Source of the DNA: Sumerlaeia bacterium
GTDB lineage: Bacteria > Sumerlaeota > Sumerlaeia > SLMS01 > JAHLLQ01
NCBI GenBank assembly: GCA_040219255.1
Contig: JAVJSW010000033.1
Coordinates: forward strand, 12,675-76,674
Direction: 5' to 3'
Length of the DNA stretch: 64,000 nt
A program made the position numbers and the translations under genes. Each line of letters starts with the position of its first letter. The stretch's first letter is position 1. Under the pieces are notes generated by a model. The model was given only the letters and a program-made list of their open reading frames with translations, was not told where the DNA came from and searched no databases. Of this stretch, positions 18,619-28,378 are shown piece by piece.

Positions 18619-19550
18619 TCCCGCAGCGTCTTCCCCGTCAGCTTCAGGAAAACCGTTTCCAGATTCGCCTCGCTCAGCTCCAGGTGGGCGACTTTCAGGC
18701 CAAGTTCGTCCACGGCCCGCAGCACCGACGCGAGGCCTTGCTGAGGGCGTTCGCTCTCGATGCGGATCAGGCCGTCGCCGGCGGCTTCCATGGTGGCGGG
18801 TGACGCGATGGACTCGCGCAGGCGGGCCGCAAGGTCTTCGGCCCCCTCCTCGACGCGCAGTTCCAAGTGACCCCGGCCGTGGGCGGCGATCAGCTCGGCT
18901 GGCGTTCCCACCGCCACCAACTGCCCCGCGTCCATAATCCCCACCCGGTCACAGAGCGACTGCGCTTCCTCCATGTAATGCGTGGTGTAGAGCACCGTCA
19001 TGCCGTGCTCGCGGTTCAGGCGGCGCACATTCTCGAAGATGCGGTTTCGCGATTGAGGGTCCACGCCGACGGTGGGCTCGTCGAGCAGCAGCAGGCGGGG
19101 GCGATGGAGCAGCCCCGCGGCGAGATTGAGGCGGCGCTTCATGCCGCCGCTGAAGGCGGAAACGCGGTCGCGGGCGCGTTCTTCCAGTCCGGCGAGGCGG
19201 AGCGCTTCCCCGGCGCGGGCTTTCAATTCGGAGCCCCCCAGGCCGTACAGCCGGCCGAAGTACAGCAGGTTGTCGCGGGCGCTGAGGCTGGGGTACAGGG
19301 CGAGGTCTTGCGGAACGACGCCGACGAGGCGCTTGACGGCGTCGCGGTTGGGGGTGAGGTCCATGCCGGCGATGCGCACTTGGCCGCCGTCGGCTTCGCG
19401 CAGGCAGGACAGGACGCTGAAGGTGCTGGTCTTGCCCGCGCCGTTGGGGCCGAGAAGACCGAAGATTTCGCCCTCCGCCACGGAGAAGGTGGCGCCGTTG
19501 ACCGCCGCGAAGCCGCCATAGCGCACCAGCAGGGCGCGGACGTCGATCAT
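18615..19550 (-). CDS. ABC-2 type exporter ATP-binding subunit
   Basis: GPNGAGKTS, FSGGMKRRLNLA, LDEPTVGVDPQSR, TTHYMEEA, LETVFLKLTGKTLRD. Confidence 0.92.
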   Translation of the reverse strand: MIDVRALLVRYGGFAAVNGATFSVAEGEIFGLLGPNGAGKTSTFSVLSCLREADGGQVRIAGMDLTPNRDAVKRLVGVVPQDLALYPSLSARDNLLYFGRLYGLGGSELKARAGEALRLAGLEERARDRVSAFSGGMKRRLNLAAGLLHRPRLLLLDEPTVGVDPQSRNRIFENVRRLNREHGMTVLYTTHYMEEAQSLCDRVGIMDAGQLVAVGTPAELIAAHGRGHLELRVEEGAEDLAARLRESIASPATMEAAGDGLIRIESERPQQGLASVLRAVDELGLKVAHLELSEANLETVFLKLTGKTLRD

Positions 19551-19758
19551 CGGGTGCGGAGAGGCGGGTGCGGAGGGTCTCATCGGCGCGAGCATTCGCG
19601 CCCGGCGCGCCGGGCGCCAAGCCGTTTTCGAGGCTCCCGTCCGGGGTCCGGTGGAAACTTTCGCGCCCGGATCGTGGCCTGCCCTTGCGGAACGCTGGTC
19701 TCCAGCGCTACGAACCATGACCGGTGGCTTCCGGGCCACGAGGGAGGAAAAGAACGCC

Positions 19759-22700
19759 ATGACCGACCCCCAGGCTTTGTGGGAGCAACTGCAAGAGGAG
19801 CGCGCGCGCCGCAAAGCGCTCGAAGAGGTGCTGCGTAAGCGCGTCCTCTACGAACGCTACCTGACCGATTTCGCCTCGCAGTTTCTCCACAGCGGGCCCC
19901 ACGAACTCGATGCGACCCTCGCGCGGGTGATGACCATGATCGGCTCTCTGGCACAGGCCGACCGGGCTTACCTGGTGCTCTGGAATGGCGAGACGGGCCG
20001 CCCCGCCGTGCGGGCGCAATGGCGCCAGGAAGGAAAGAAAGCGATCCAGCCGGAGAACATGGGCGGCGACGCGTTTTTCCGCAACTACCTGGAGCGCGTC
20101 CGCCAGGGACAATTGGCCCTGCTTGGCATCGAGCCCGATCCCTGGGAGTCCGATTTCGGCATCTCCCTCGCCAGCCAAACCGCCGTCCCGATGGTCGGCC
20201 CGCTGGCCTGGGTCCCGATTCAGCAGGGTCCCAAAGTGGTCGGTTTTCTCGGCGCCGACAGCGTCAGCCAACGCACGATCCGATGGTCCGTCGATTTTGT
20301 GTCCTTTCTGCGTCTGGTCAGCGAAATGATGCTGACGGCGATTCAGCGCCAGGCTGCGGAGCGCGGTCTCCAGGGGCACCGGCGTTTCCTCCGCGGGGTC
20401 ATCGACGCCCTGCCCACGCCCATCGCCGTGATGGACCGCGGCGGCCAGTATCTCCTGGTAAACGAAGCCAAAGCCGCGCTCTTCGGCATGACGCGGGAAG
20501 ACATCGAAGGGCAGCGGGAAGCCTTTCTCGAGAGCCGTTACGAGGAGCCGGAGCGCCGCCGCGAACTCGCCCGCCGCGTCTTCGAAACGGGAAGGGAGCA
20601 CACCTTCACCGAACGCTTGACCAACGCCGCCGGCGAGCAGCGCTGGTTCGACACGGTGTTGCGGAGCCTCGATTCGCCCGGCGGCGACGAAGCCTACACG
20701 TTGACCGTGATGACGGACCTGACGGACCGCCGCGGCATGGAGCAGGATCTGCGCGAAAGCGAGGCGGCCATCCGCACACTCTACGAAATCGGCTCGAACG
20801 CCACCATGACGTTCCAGGAAAAAATCCAGTTCCTACTGGGCTTTGGCTGCGGCCGCTTCGATGTCGAGCACGGGTTCCTGGCGCGCATGGATCAGGAAGA
20901 AAACGTCTTTGACGTGCAGGAAGCGATCGGGCCGGAGCACGGCCGCATCCCCAAGGGCTACCGTTGCGGGTTGGAGGATACCTACTGCCGCCGGCTGTAC
21001 TCCGAGGACTCGCCGATCATCGTCGAGAACGCCGGCGAGGACGCGGGCTGGAAGGATTACGTTCCCTATCGGATGCGGCGGCTCGAGACGTATCTCGGCA
21101 CGCGGGTCATGATCGGCGGGCGGCTCTGGGGCTCGTTCTGCTTTTTCAGCATGAAGCCCCATCGCAGAAGCTACACGACCCTCGACCGGGAATTGCTGAA
21201 CCTGATGGCTCAGATGGTCGCCGGCGAGATCGAACGCCGCGAGCGCGAGAGCGAGCTGCGGCTGATGGAATTCGCCGTCAACCGCGCTGGCGAGTCCGTT
21301 TTCTGGTACGACGAAAGAGGCGCCATCGCCTACGCGAACGATGCGGCCTGCCGCAACCTGGGCTACAGCCGCGAGGAACTGCTGAAGAAGGCCTGCTGGG
21401 AAATCGTCAAGGACTGCGAGGAGTCGCACTTCTTGGAGCGCTGGGGCGAAATCCAGCAAGGCCAGGCGGCCATCTTCGAGTGCGAGCACATCCGCCGAGA
21501 CGGCACCCTGATGTCCGTCGAATCCAGCCTCAACAAGGTGCGTTTCGAGGGGCGCGAATACATCTGCGCGTTCGTCCGCGACATCTCCAGCCGCAAGGAA
21601 GCGGAGGCGCACCTGCTGAAGAGCATGGAAAAAGCTGAGGCCGCCACGAAGGCCAAGAGCATGTTCCTGGCGAACATGAGCCACGAAATCCGCACGCCCC
21701 TCAACGGTGTCATCGGCATGACGGGGCTGCTGCTGGACACGAAGCTGGACAACGAGCAGCGCGAGTGGGGCGAAGCGATCCGCCGCTCCGGCGAGGCCCT
21801 GCTTTCGGTGGTCAACGACGTCCTCGACTTCTCGAAAATCGAGGCGGGCAAGCTGGAACTGGAAGAAACGCCCTTCGATCCGTTTCTGGCGGCCGAAGAA
21901 ATCGCCGACCTTCTGGCCCCCAAGGCGCACGACAAAGGCATCGAGCTGTCCTACCTGGTATCGCCCGGTCTGCCCCGCTACCTGATCGGCGACCCGGGGC
22001 GGATCCGCCAAGTTCTGCTGAACCTGACGGGCAACGCCATCAAGTTCACGGAAAAGGGCGGCGTGGAACTGATCATCGGCGGGCACGACGAATCGGACGA
22101 CGAAGTCACCGTGCGCTTCGAAGTCCGCGATACCGGCATCGGCATTCCCGTGGAGCGCCTGAATCGGCTGTTCCAGCCCTTCAGCCAAGTGGACGCCTCC
22201 ATGACGCGGCGCTACGGAGGAACGGGGCTCGGTCTGGCGATTTGCCGCGAACTGGCGGAATTGATGGGCGGCGAAGTGGGCGCGGAAAGCGAGCAAGGCA
22301 AGGGCTCGAACTTCTGGTTCACGGCCCGCCTGCGAAAAGAGGGCGACGCGGCCACCCACAGCCAGCGCCGCGCCAGCCGCAACCGCCTCCGCGGGCTGCG
22401 CATGCTCGTGATCGACGCCAACGACACCCACCGCGAGAACCTGATGCAGCAGGTCTCCCTCTGGGGCGTGGAATGCTCCGAAGCCTGCGGCGGCCTCGAG
22501 GGGCTCGCCCGGCTGCGGCACGGGGCGGACTCCAGATGCCCCTTCGATCTGGTGCTCCTGGACACGATGCTGACCGATCTCGAGCCCTCCGCCTTCGTCA
22601 AGCGCACCCGCGCCGATCGCCGCTTCGCCGACACCCGCACCGTTCTGATGGTGCCCCGCTCGAAACGAAGCGAGGAAACCAGTCGCGCCGTCGAGGGCGT

Positions 22701-23649
22701 CTCCGCCGTTCTCCCCAAACCGGTCAAGCAATCGCAGCTCTACGACTGCCTCGTCGCCTTGATCGACGCGGACGAAACGGGGCTGGAGGCGAGCGCTTCG
22801 CCTATCAAGGCGGCACCGGCCCTGCCCCCCGAGCGCACCTTCAACATGCGCGTCCTGGTCGCCGAGGACAACGCCATCAACCAGAAGGTCGCGATGCGCA
22901 TGCTCGAACGGCTCGGGTGCCGCTGCGATGTCGCGGGCAATGGCCTGGAGGCCCTCAACGCCGCCAAGAGCCTGCCCTACGACATGATCTTCATGGACTG
23001 TCAGATGCCCGAGATGGACGGCTTCCAGGCCACCGCCGCCATCCGCGCGCTCAAGACCGCCGCGGCCCACACTCCCGTCGTCGCCATGACCGCCAATGCC
23101 CTGCGGGGCGACCGCGACCGCTGTCTGGCGGCGGGAATGGACGATTACGTGGCTAAACCGGTGAACCGCGACGTGCTGATCGAAGTCCTCGCCCGATGGG
23201 AACAGCGCCGTTCTCAAGCGCGCCAGCCCAGCCCCGACGCCTCCCTGGAGGACGTGACGCCGGAAGATACGCAGGAACCAGGTTCCCGTCTGGCCACGGG
23301 AACCCTGACACTCGACATCAGCCGGCTCCTGCAAATCGCCGACGGCGATCACGATTTCGTGCAGGAGTTGCTCCGAAGCTTCTGCGACGAGTCCGAAAAG
23401 CGCATCGGCGATTTGGGCCAGGCGATTGCGGACTGTGACTGGCCGAAAGCCTACCGCGCAGCCCATTCGATCAAGGGCGGGGCCTCCAATGTGGGGGCCA
23501 ACCGCCTGAGCCGCGCCGCCAAACGCATCGAGGACCTGACGCGCGAACCGGGCGAGATCGACCTCCAGGGGATTCGCCGGCTCTTTGAAACAGTGGATGT
23601 GGAATTCCGAAGGGCCGCCGCCGCAATGCTCAGCAAATCCAGCGACTGA
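19759..23649 (+). CDS. Cytoplasmic hybrid histidine kinase (GAF-PAS-GAF-PAS-HisKA-HATPase-REC-REC-HPt)
   Basis: FLANMSHEIRTPLNG, NLTGNAIKFT, GGTGLGLAI, FMDCQMPEMDG, AHSIKGG. Confidence 0.95.
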   Translation: MTDPQALWEQLQEERARRKALEEVLRKRVLYERYLTDFASQFLHSGPHELDATLARVMTMIGSLAQADRAYLVLWNGETGRPAVRAQWRQEGKKAIQPENMGGDAFFRNYLERVRQGQLALLGIEPDPWESDFGISLASQTAVPMVGPLAWVPIQQGPKVVGFLGADSVSQRTIRWSVDFVSFLRLVSEMMLTAIQRQAAERGLQGHRRFLRGVIDALPTPIAVMDRGGQYLLVNEAKAALFGMTREDIEGQREAFLESRYEEPERRRELARRVFETGREHTFTERLTNAAGEQRWFDTVLRSLDSPGGDEAYTLTVMTDLTDRRGMEQDLRESEAAIRTLYEIGSNATMTFQEKIQFLLGFGCGRFDVEHGFLARMDQEENVFDVQEAIGPEHGRIPKGYRCGLEDTYCRRLYSEDSPIIVENAGEDAGWKDYVPYRMRRLETYLGTRVMIGGRLWGSFCFFSMKPHRRSYTTLDRELLNLMAQMVAGEIERRERESELRLMEFAVNRAGESVFWYDERGAIAYANDAACRNLGYSREELLKKACWEIVKDCEESHFLERWGEIQQGQAAIFECEHIRRDGTLMSVESSLNKVRFEGREYICAFVRDISSRKEAEAHLLKSMEKAEAATKAKSMFLANMSHEIRTPLNGVIGMTGLLLDTKLDNEQREWGEAIRRSGEALLSVVNDVLDFSKIEAGKLELEETPFDPFLAAEEIADLLAPKAHDKGIELSYLVSPGLPRYLIGDPGRIRQVLLNLTGNAIKFTEKGGVELIIGGHDESDDEVTVRFEVRDTGIGIPVERLNRLFQPFSQVDASMTRRYGGTGLGLAICRELAELMGGEVGAESEQGKGSNFWFTARLRKEGDAATHSQRRASRNRLRGLRMLVIDANDTHRENLMQQVSLWGVECSEACGGLEGLARLRHGADSRCPFDLVLLDTMLTDLEPSAFVKRTRADRRFADTRTVLMVPRSKRSEETSRAVEGVSAVLPKPVKQSQLYDCLVALIDADETGLEASASPIKAAPALPPERTFNMRVLVAEDNAINQKVAMRMLERLGCRCDVAGNGLEALNAAKSLPYDMIFMDCQMPEMDGFQATAAIRALKTAAAHTPVVAMTANALRGDRDRCLAAGMDDYVAKPVNRDVLIEVLARWEQRRSQARQPSPDASLEDVTPEDTQEPGSRLATGTLTLDISRLLQIADGDHDFVQELLRSFCDESEKRIGDLGQAIADCDWPKAYRAAHSIKGGASNVGANRLSRAAKRIEDLTREPGEIDLQGIRRLFETVDVEFRRAAAAMLSKSSD

Positions 23650-23990
23650 CCGCCCCGAAATCCTTCAACCACTGAGTCAAAGCGGACACAGTGGGGGAGC
23701 GATTTTGTGGGAGTTGGCTGGCGCCTGAGCGGGGAATCTCCAGCGGCTCGATGTTCGCCTCAGGCGTTATGGAAGAAGGGACGCGTCAATTTGGAGAGGA
23801 AAAGAAAGAATCCAAAGTGAAGGACAAAACTTTGATTTTGAAAGTAGTGACATTCCACCCGACGATGCCAATTTCTCCGTGAAGACTCCGTCCTCCGTGA
23901 AATCCACGGGTTGAACGGGTTGAACGCTCGCCCGCAATTCCCGTTGCATCGCGGGGTTGACTCCCGTTCCGTGCCTCACGGAAACGTAAC

Positions 23991-25019
23991 GTGTCATCGC
24001 CATCCCCACGATTGCCCCGGAGAGACGATCCCCTGAAATCCGCCCCCCCATTGACCGAAGCCGAAATATCCGAAGGCGGTCCTCATCCCGAGGAGCGGGC
24101 CACTCTCCCCCGCGAGACGTGGCGCACCCGCTATCCGGAGCTGGCCCGCTTCGCCCGCAGCTATGTGGCGGTGGCGTCTCTGCTGGCCATTATCGCGCTG
24201 ATTTTGCTCGCGATTTTCGGCCCCATGCTTTGGCCTTACGAGCCGAACGAGATGGACCCGGTGCTGATCGGTTCGCCCCAGCCCCCGTCCCTCAAGCACC
24301 CTGCCGGCACAGATTACCTGGGCCGCGACATGTTCGCCCGGCTCCTGGTCGGCGCACGCATCAGCCTCGCCGTCGGCGTCGTTTCCATGCTCATCACGCT
24401 CTTCATCGGCGTCAGCATCGGCTCCGCGGCGGCCTGGTTCGGGGGGTGGGTGGACAGCGTCCTGATGCGTCTGGTGGACGCGCTCTACAGTATTCCCCTA
24501 CTGCTGATCGTGATCATCCTCCAGGTCTTCCTGAAACCCAACCTGCAGGCCATGATTCCGCCGGGGACCGATGTGCCCCTGCTCCTGTCGCCGGACATGG
24601 CCAGCATCTACATCGCGCTCGGCTTCGCGAACTGGCTGACGATGGCGCGCCTCTCGCGCGCCGAGGTCATGAACCAGCGCAAGAAGGATTACGTGTCCGC
24701 AACGGTGGCGCTCGGCGCCAAGCCCAGGCGCACGCTTTTCCGCCACATCCTGCCGAACACGGTGGGGCCGCTGATGGTTGCGGCGACGCTGGCCATCCCC
24801 GAAGCCATCTTCATCGAGAGCTTCCTGGCCTTCATCGGTATCGGCGTCTCCGCCCCCGAGGCCTCCTGGGGCACGCTCGCCTCCGACGCGGTCAAGAGCC
24901 TGGGCACGTCTCCCCACTTGCTTCTCTTCCCGGCCCTCGCCATCAGTATCACCATGCTGGCGTTCAACCTGTTCGGTGATGGGTTGCGCGACGCGCTGGA
25001 CCCGCGCGGCAAGAAGTAA
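23991..25019 (+). CDS. Oligopeptide/dipeptide ABC permease (OppC/DppC)
   Basis: HPAGTDYLGRD, GARISL, RHILPN, AFNLFGDGLRDALDPR. Confidence 0.92.
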   Translation: MSSPSPRLPRRDDPLKSAPPLTEAEISEGGPHPEERATLPRETWRTRYPELARFARSYVAVASLLAIIALILLAIFGPMLWPYEPNEMDPVLIGSPQPPSLKHPAGTDYLGRDMFARLLVGARISLAVGVVSMLITLFIGVSIGSAAAWFGGWVDSVLMRLVDALYSIPLLLIVIILQVFLKPNLQAMIPPGTDVPLLLSPDMASIYIALGFANWLTMARLSRAEVMNQRKKDYVSATVALGAKPRRTLFRHILPNTVGPLMVAATLAIPEAIFIESFLAFIGIGVSAPEASWGTLASDAVKSLGTSPHLLLFPALAISITMLAFNLFGDGLRDALDPRGKK

Positions 25020-25083
25020 AGCCGCCCGGCCAGCCACCGGTCTATCCCCGTTCCACCAGCCAAACCTTCCCTCGGAGTCTCCC

Positions 25084-26832
25084 TTGTCGTCCGGCACTCC
25101 CTTCCCGTGGAAATCCCTCTTCCTCCTCCTTCCGCTCTCCATCCTGATCAGCGGCTACAACCTCTACTTCTCCAACCAGGACATCCAGATCCCGCTGATC
25201 CTGTGGCTCAACGACCCGTCGCTCTTTCCGGGCGATCCGTTCGCCGCCACGCTCGGCGGGTACTCCTCGCTTCTGTGGCCCATCGTGGCCGTCATCAGCC
25301 GCGTCGTGCCCTGGCAGGTTGTCTTTTTCGCGGGCTTCGTCCTGACGCGAGGCTTGATGCTGCTGGCGGGCGGGCGCCTCGCCTCGGCCCTCTTCCCCCA
25401 AAGCCGCCTCGCCCCCGTGGCCGCCATGGCCGCTCTGGCGATGGGGCCCCAGCCCTTCCTCGGCGGCGGAACCATCATCGAAGTCTATTTCGAGCACACG
25501 GCCCTGTCCGTCGCGTTCGCGCTGCTGGCCTTCGGCGAGCTCCTCCGTGGCCGCACGATTCTCTGCGCCGCACTGGCGGGATTGACCTTCTTCCTCAACG
25601 CGCTCTACGGAGTCTTCGCCTGCACCTATCTCTTCGCGGCCTGGCTCCACATGGGGCGCTGGCGCCAGGACGGGCCTGGCCGCATCGCCCTGGGCCTGCT
25701 GGCCTTCGCCGCGCTGGCCGCCCCAGCCTTCCTGGCCTCGCTCCACGCGGTGGGAGAAACCAAGACCTCCGACCCCATTTTCTGGCACGAAGCCGTCCTG
25801 CAGCGCTTCCCGCATCACTTCTGGCCCGGCGCCTGGTCCGCCGCCAGCTACTTCTTCCACTTCGCATCGAGCCTCGCCGTGGCCTGCATCCTCTTCAGGC
25901 GCCGCCCCGCCGAACCCGGCAACGAACGCTTTGGCCTCGCGATGTTCGTGGTCAGCTTGCTTTGGTTCTTTTTCGCGCTCGATGCCGCGTACTTCCTCAC
26001 CGAACCGACGGGAGTGATTCTCCACCCGGCTCGCGGCATGGACCTCTGGATCGCGTTCGTGGCCATTTATCTCGCCGCGCTCTGCGGCCACATGTTCGAG
26101 CACCGTTCCGGCCAGGCCACCTGGTCCTGGCTGCCGCTGGCGGGCTTCGCGGCCCTGCTGGCCTTCTGGCCCCTGGGCGCAGCCGGCCTCCTCGTGGGGC
26201 TCGCCGTCGCCGCAGCCATCGCCTTCGCCGGCCGCTTCAAGTCCACCCGCTGGCTCTCCGCCCGTCCCCTGACGGCGGCCATCGCGATCATCGCCTTCGT
26301 GGTGCTGGTGGCCCGGGTGGAAGAACGCAACGAACATCAAGACTCCTGGTTCGCCTTTCCCAGGGGCGAACAGCTCGAACTCGCCCTCTGGGCCCGCGAC
26401 CACACCGAGCCCTCCGCCACCTTCCTCATCGATCCGAGCTGGAAGTCCTTTCGTCCCCTCTCGCGCCGCCCCGTCTTCACCACCTGGAAGGACGGCTCGG
26501 CGATCCTCTGGCACACCCGCTTTGTCGAGGAATGGAACCGCCGCCTCGAATTGCTCGGCGCCCCCCTCTTCCTCAACGACGAACCCGACGATTGGGAAGA
26601 ACGCCTCGAGGACGAATACCACGACCTCTCCGAATTCGAAGTCGCCCTGATCGCCGCGCAAGTCCCCATCGACTACTGGATTGTCACCGAGGCCCGTTGG
26701 GGCCGGACCGATTGGCCCGTGGCTTTTCAGACCGAGACCTATCGCGTGGTGCGCGTGCCCGAATCCCCGGCGCTGACCACCGCCGAGGACGGCGCCACAA
26801 CCGGCGTCTCCCCCGCCGGCAGCAGCGACTGA
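25084..26832 (+). CDS. Polytopic membrane protein, DUF6798-like / GT-C-like (start uncertain, TTG assumed)
   Basis: DPSLFPGDPF near the N-terminus, many TMs, RFPHH, C-terminal WARDHT...FLIDP...FR...RRPVFTTWKDG...EW..R. Confidence 0.7.
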   Translation: MSSGTPFPWKSLFLLLPLSILISGYNLYFSNQDIQIPLILWLNDPSLFPGDPFAATLGGYSSLLWPIVAVISRVVPWQVVFFAGFVLTRGLMLLAGGRLASALFPQSRLAPVAAMAALAMGPQPFLGGGTIIEVYFEHTALSVAFALLAFGELLRGRTILCAALAGLTFFLNALYGVFACTYLFAAWLHMGRWRQDGPGRIALGLLAFAALAAPAFLASLHAVGETKTSDPIFWHEAVLQRFPHHFWPGAWSAASYFFHFASSLAVACILFRRRPAEPGNERFGLAMFVVSLLWFFFALDAAYFLTEPTGVILHPARGMDLWIAFVAIYLAALCGHMFEHRSGQATWSWLPLAGFAALLAFWPLGAAGLLVGLAVAAAIAFAGRFKSTRWLSARPLTAAIAIIAFVVLVARVEERNEHQDSWFAFPRGEQLELALWARDHTEPSATFLIDPSWKSFRPLSRRPVFTTWKDGSAILWHTRFVEEWNRRLELLGAPLFLNDEPDDWEERLEDEYHDLSEFEVALIAAQVPIDYWIVTEARWGRTDWPVAFQTETYRVVRVPESPALTTAEDGATTGVSPAGSSD

Positions 26833-28190
26833 CCCACCACATAGCGCCCCACGGCCCGCCCCGACTCCAGCCCGGCCTTGCTCGCCGACGGATAGTGGAT
26901 GCCGCCGTAAATGCGGGATTTGCTCGCCTCCTCGGCGGCGGCGCGAAAGCTCGCGTACTGCCGCACGACGTAGCGGTCGCCGTGGTTGCGCTCTAGGTCG
27001 TCGCTCAAATCCTCGAACGCGAAGTCCTCGCCGAACCAGTGGGTGAGAACCGCCTCCGCCGCCCCGGAAAACGTGGAGTGGCCGCTGGGAAACTCGGGGA
27101 ATGGCGGCGTGGCGATGTAGGGCGTCCACCGCGAATCGGGCTCGCCCGTGGCCGCATTGCCGTCCTGATCCGCGAGCGCGATCGCCGTCACGGGCCGCCA
27201 ATAGTTGTAGTGGTACTTGGCCTCCCAGCAGGCGATGCCCGCGTCCGCCATGGCAAGGTTGAGCTGGGCGAAGAGCCGGGCCTGCTCCAGCGGCGTCAGC
27301 GGCTCGCCCGCCCCGGCCCGCAGCCGAACGGCCGTCTCGGCGATCTGATTCCAGTGCCCCGTGGGGGTGAAAGTGCCCTGGGCATCGGCCCAGAAGCAGG
27401 CGATTTTCTCCTGCTCGGCGGTGCGGGAATCGGAGAAATAGGCGCCGATGTCGCGCACCAGATTCAACTCCTCGGCGAACTGGGCGCTGGTGATGTCGGG
27501 CGGCGGCACGCAGCGAAACTGCTCCGGCGACTCCATCACGAACGGCTGGAGCGCCCGCCATTCCGGCAGCAGCGGCGGGCGGAAAGTCGGCCGCGTCGTG
27601 CGCCACTCCCCCGCCTTCGGCCGCGCCGGAGGACGCCACGGATCCGGCGTCTGCGAACCATCGTGGGCCCGGGCCTCGATCATGCGCGCCGCCGCCTCGC
27701 GCCCCGCCAGCAGGCTCGCCTCCCAGCACTTCGCCATCTCCGGCCCCGGTTGGTAAAGCGCCAGCGCTTCCTCATAACGAGAGGTCAGCTTCGGGAACAG
27801 GTGCTCCAGCACCTCGGCCATCGCCGCCGCCGCGGCCCATTCCGGCTCGGCTTCGGCGGGGCATTCGAAGGCGCCGAGGTAGGGCTGGTAGGGAAGGGCC
27901 GCCGATGTGGCTCCATCCCTCGAGGCCGCCAGCGCCGCGTCGTACCCGGCCCCGTGGACCATTGCCAACGCCCGCGCCGCCTGCGGAGGAAACACCCGCT
28001 GCTCGCGGAACGTCTGGCGGACGACACCGTTCCAGTGCAGCATCACGCTCGCCGACGTCAGCCCCTCGTCCGCGAGTGTATTGAAGCGGCGATGGAGGTC
28101 GGGGGGAGGGGATTCGGAGGCGTGGGCTGTAAGAGCCAAGCCGCAGAGAATCGACACGATGAAACTCGACAAGCGCAGCGGAAGGGCCAT
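26739..28190 (-). CDS. Secreted vanadium-dependent haloperoxidase / PAP2 superfamily protein
   Basis: KYHYNYWRP, PEFPSGHS, SRIYGGIHY motifs; signal peptide. Confidence 0.88.
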   Translation of the reverse strand: MALPLRLSSFIVSILCGLALTAHASESPPPDLHRRFNTLADEGLTSASVMLHWNGVVRQTFREQRVFPPQAARALAMVHGAGYDAALAASRDGATSAALPYQPYLGAFECPAEAEPEWAAAAAMAEVLEHLFPKLTSRYEEALALYQPGPEMAKCWEASLLAGREAAARMIEARAHDGSQTPDPWRPPARPKAGEWRTTRPTFRPPLLPEWRALQPFVMESPEQFRCVPPPDITSAQFAEELNLVRDIGAYFSDSRTAEQEKIACFWADAQGTFTPTGHWNQIAETAVRLRAGAGEPLTPLEQARLFAQLNLAMADAGIACWEAKYHYNYWRPVTAIALADQDGNAATGEPDSRWTPYIATPPFPEFPSGHSTFSGAAEAVLTHWFGEDFAFEDLSDDLERNHGDRYVVRQYASFRAAAEEASKSRIYGGIHYPSASKAGLESGRAVGRYVVGQSLLPAGETPVVAPSSAVVSAGDSGTRTTR

Positions 28191-28378
28191 GCGGAAACTC
28201 CGGGTGGAAGCGTCAACCGCCGCGGAACGATCGGCGAGAGAGACACCTCGAAATTCCAAGAAACACGGCGGATTGGAGCCCGACTTACCCCCCATCTGTA
28301 AAGGTCAAAACCAACCGTTGCTGTCCGCCATCCCCACCATCCGCCCCGCTATCCGTGTTCATCCGTGGCTCCAATCTC

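Noticed and set aside
20833-23466. 877-aa minus-strand ORF, and similar long ORFs opposite gltB, UbiB, GH13 and the DUF6798-like gene
   Set aside because: Shadow ORFs of well-supported genes on the other strand.
23906-23927. Short tandem duplication ACGGGTTGA x2
   Set aside because: Too short to be significant and has no further copies.
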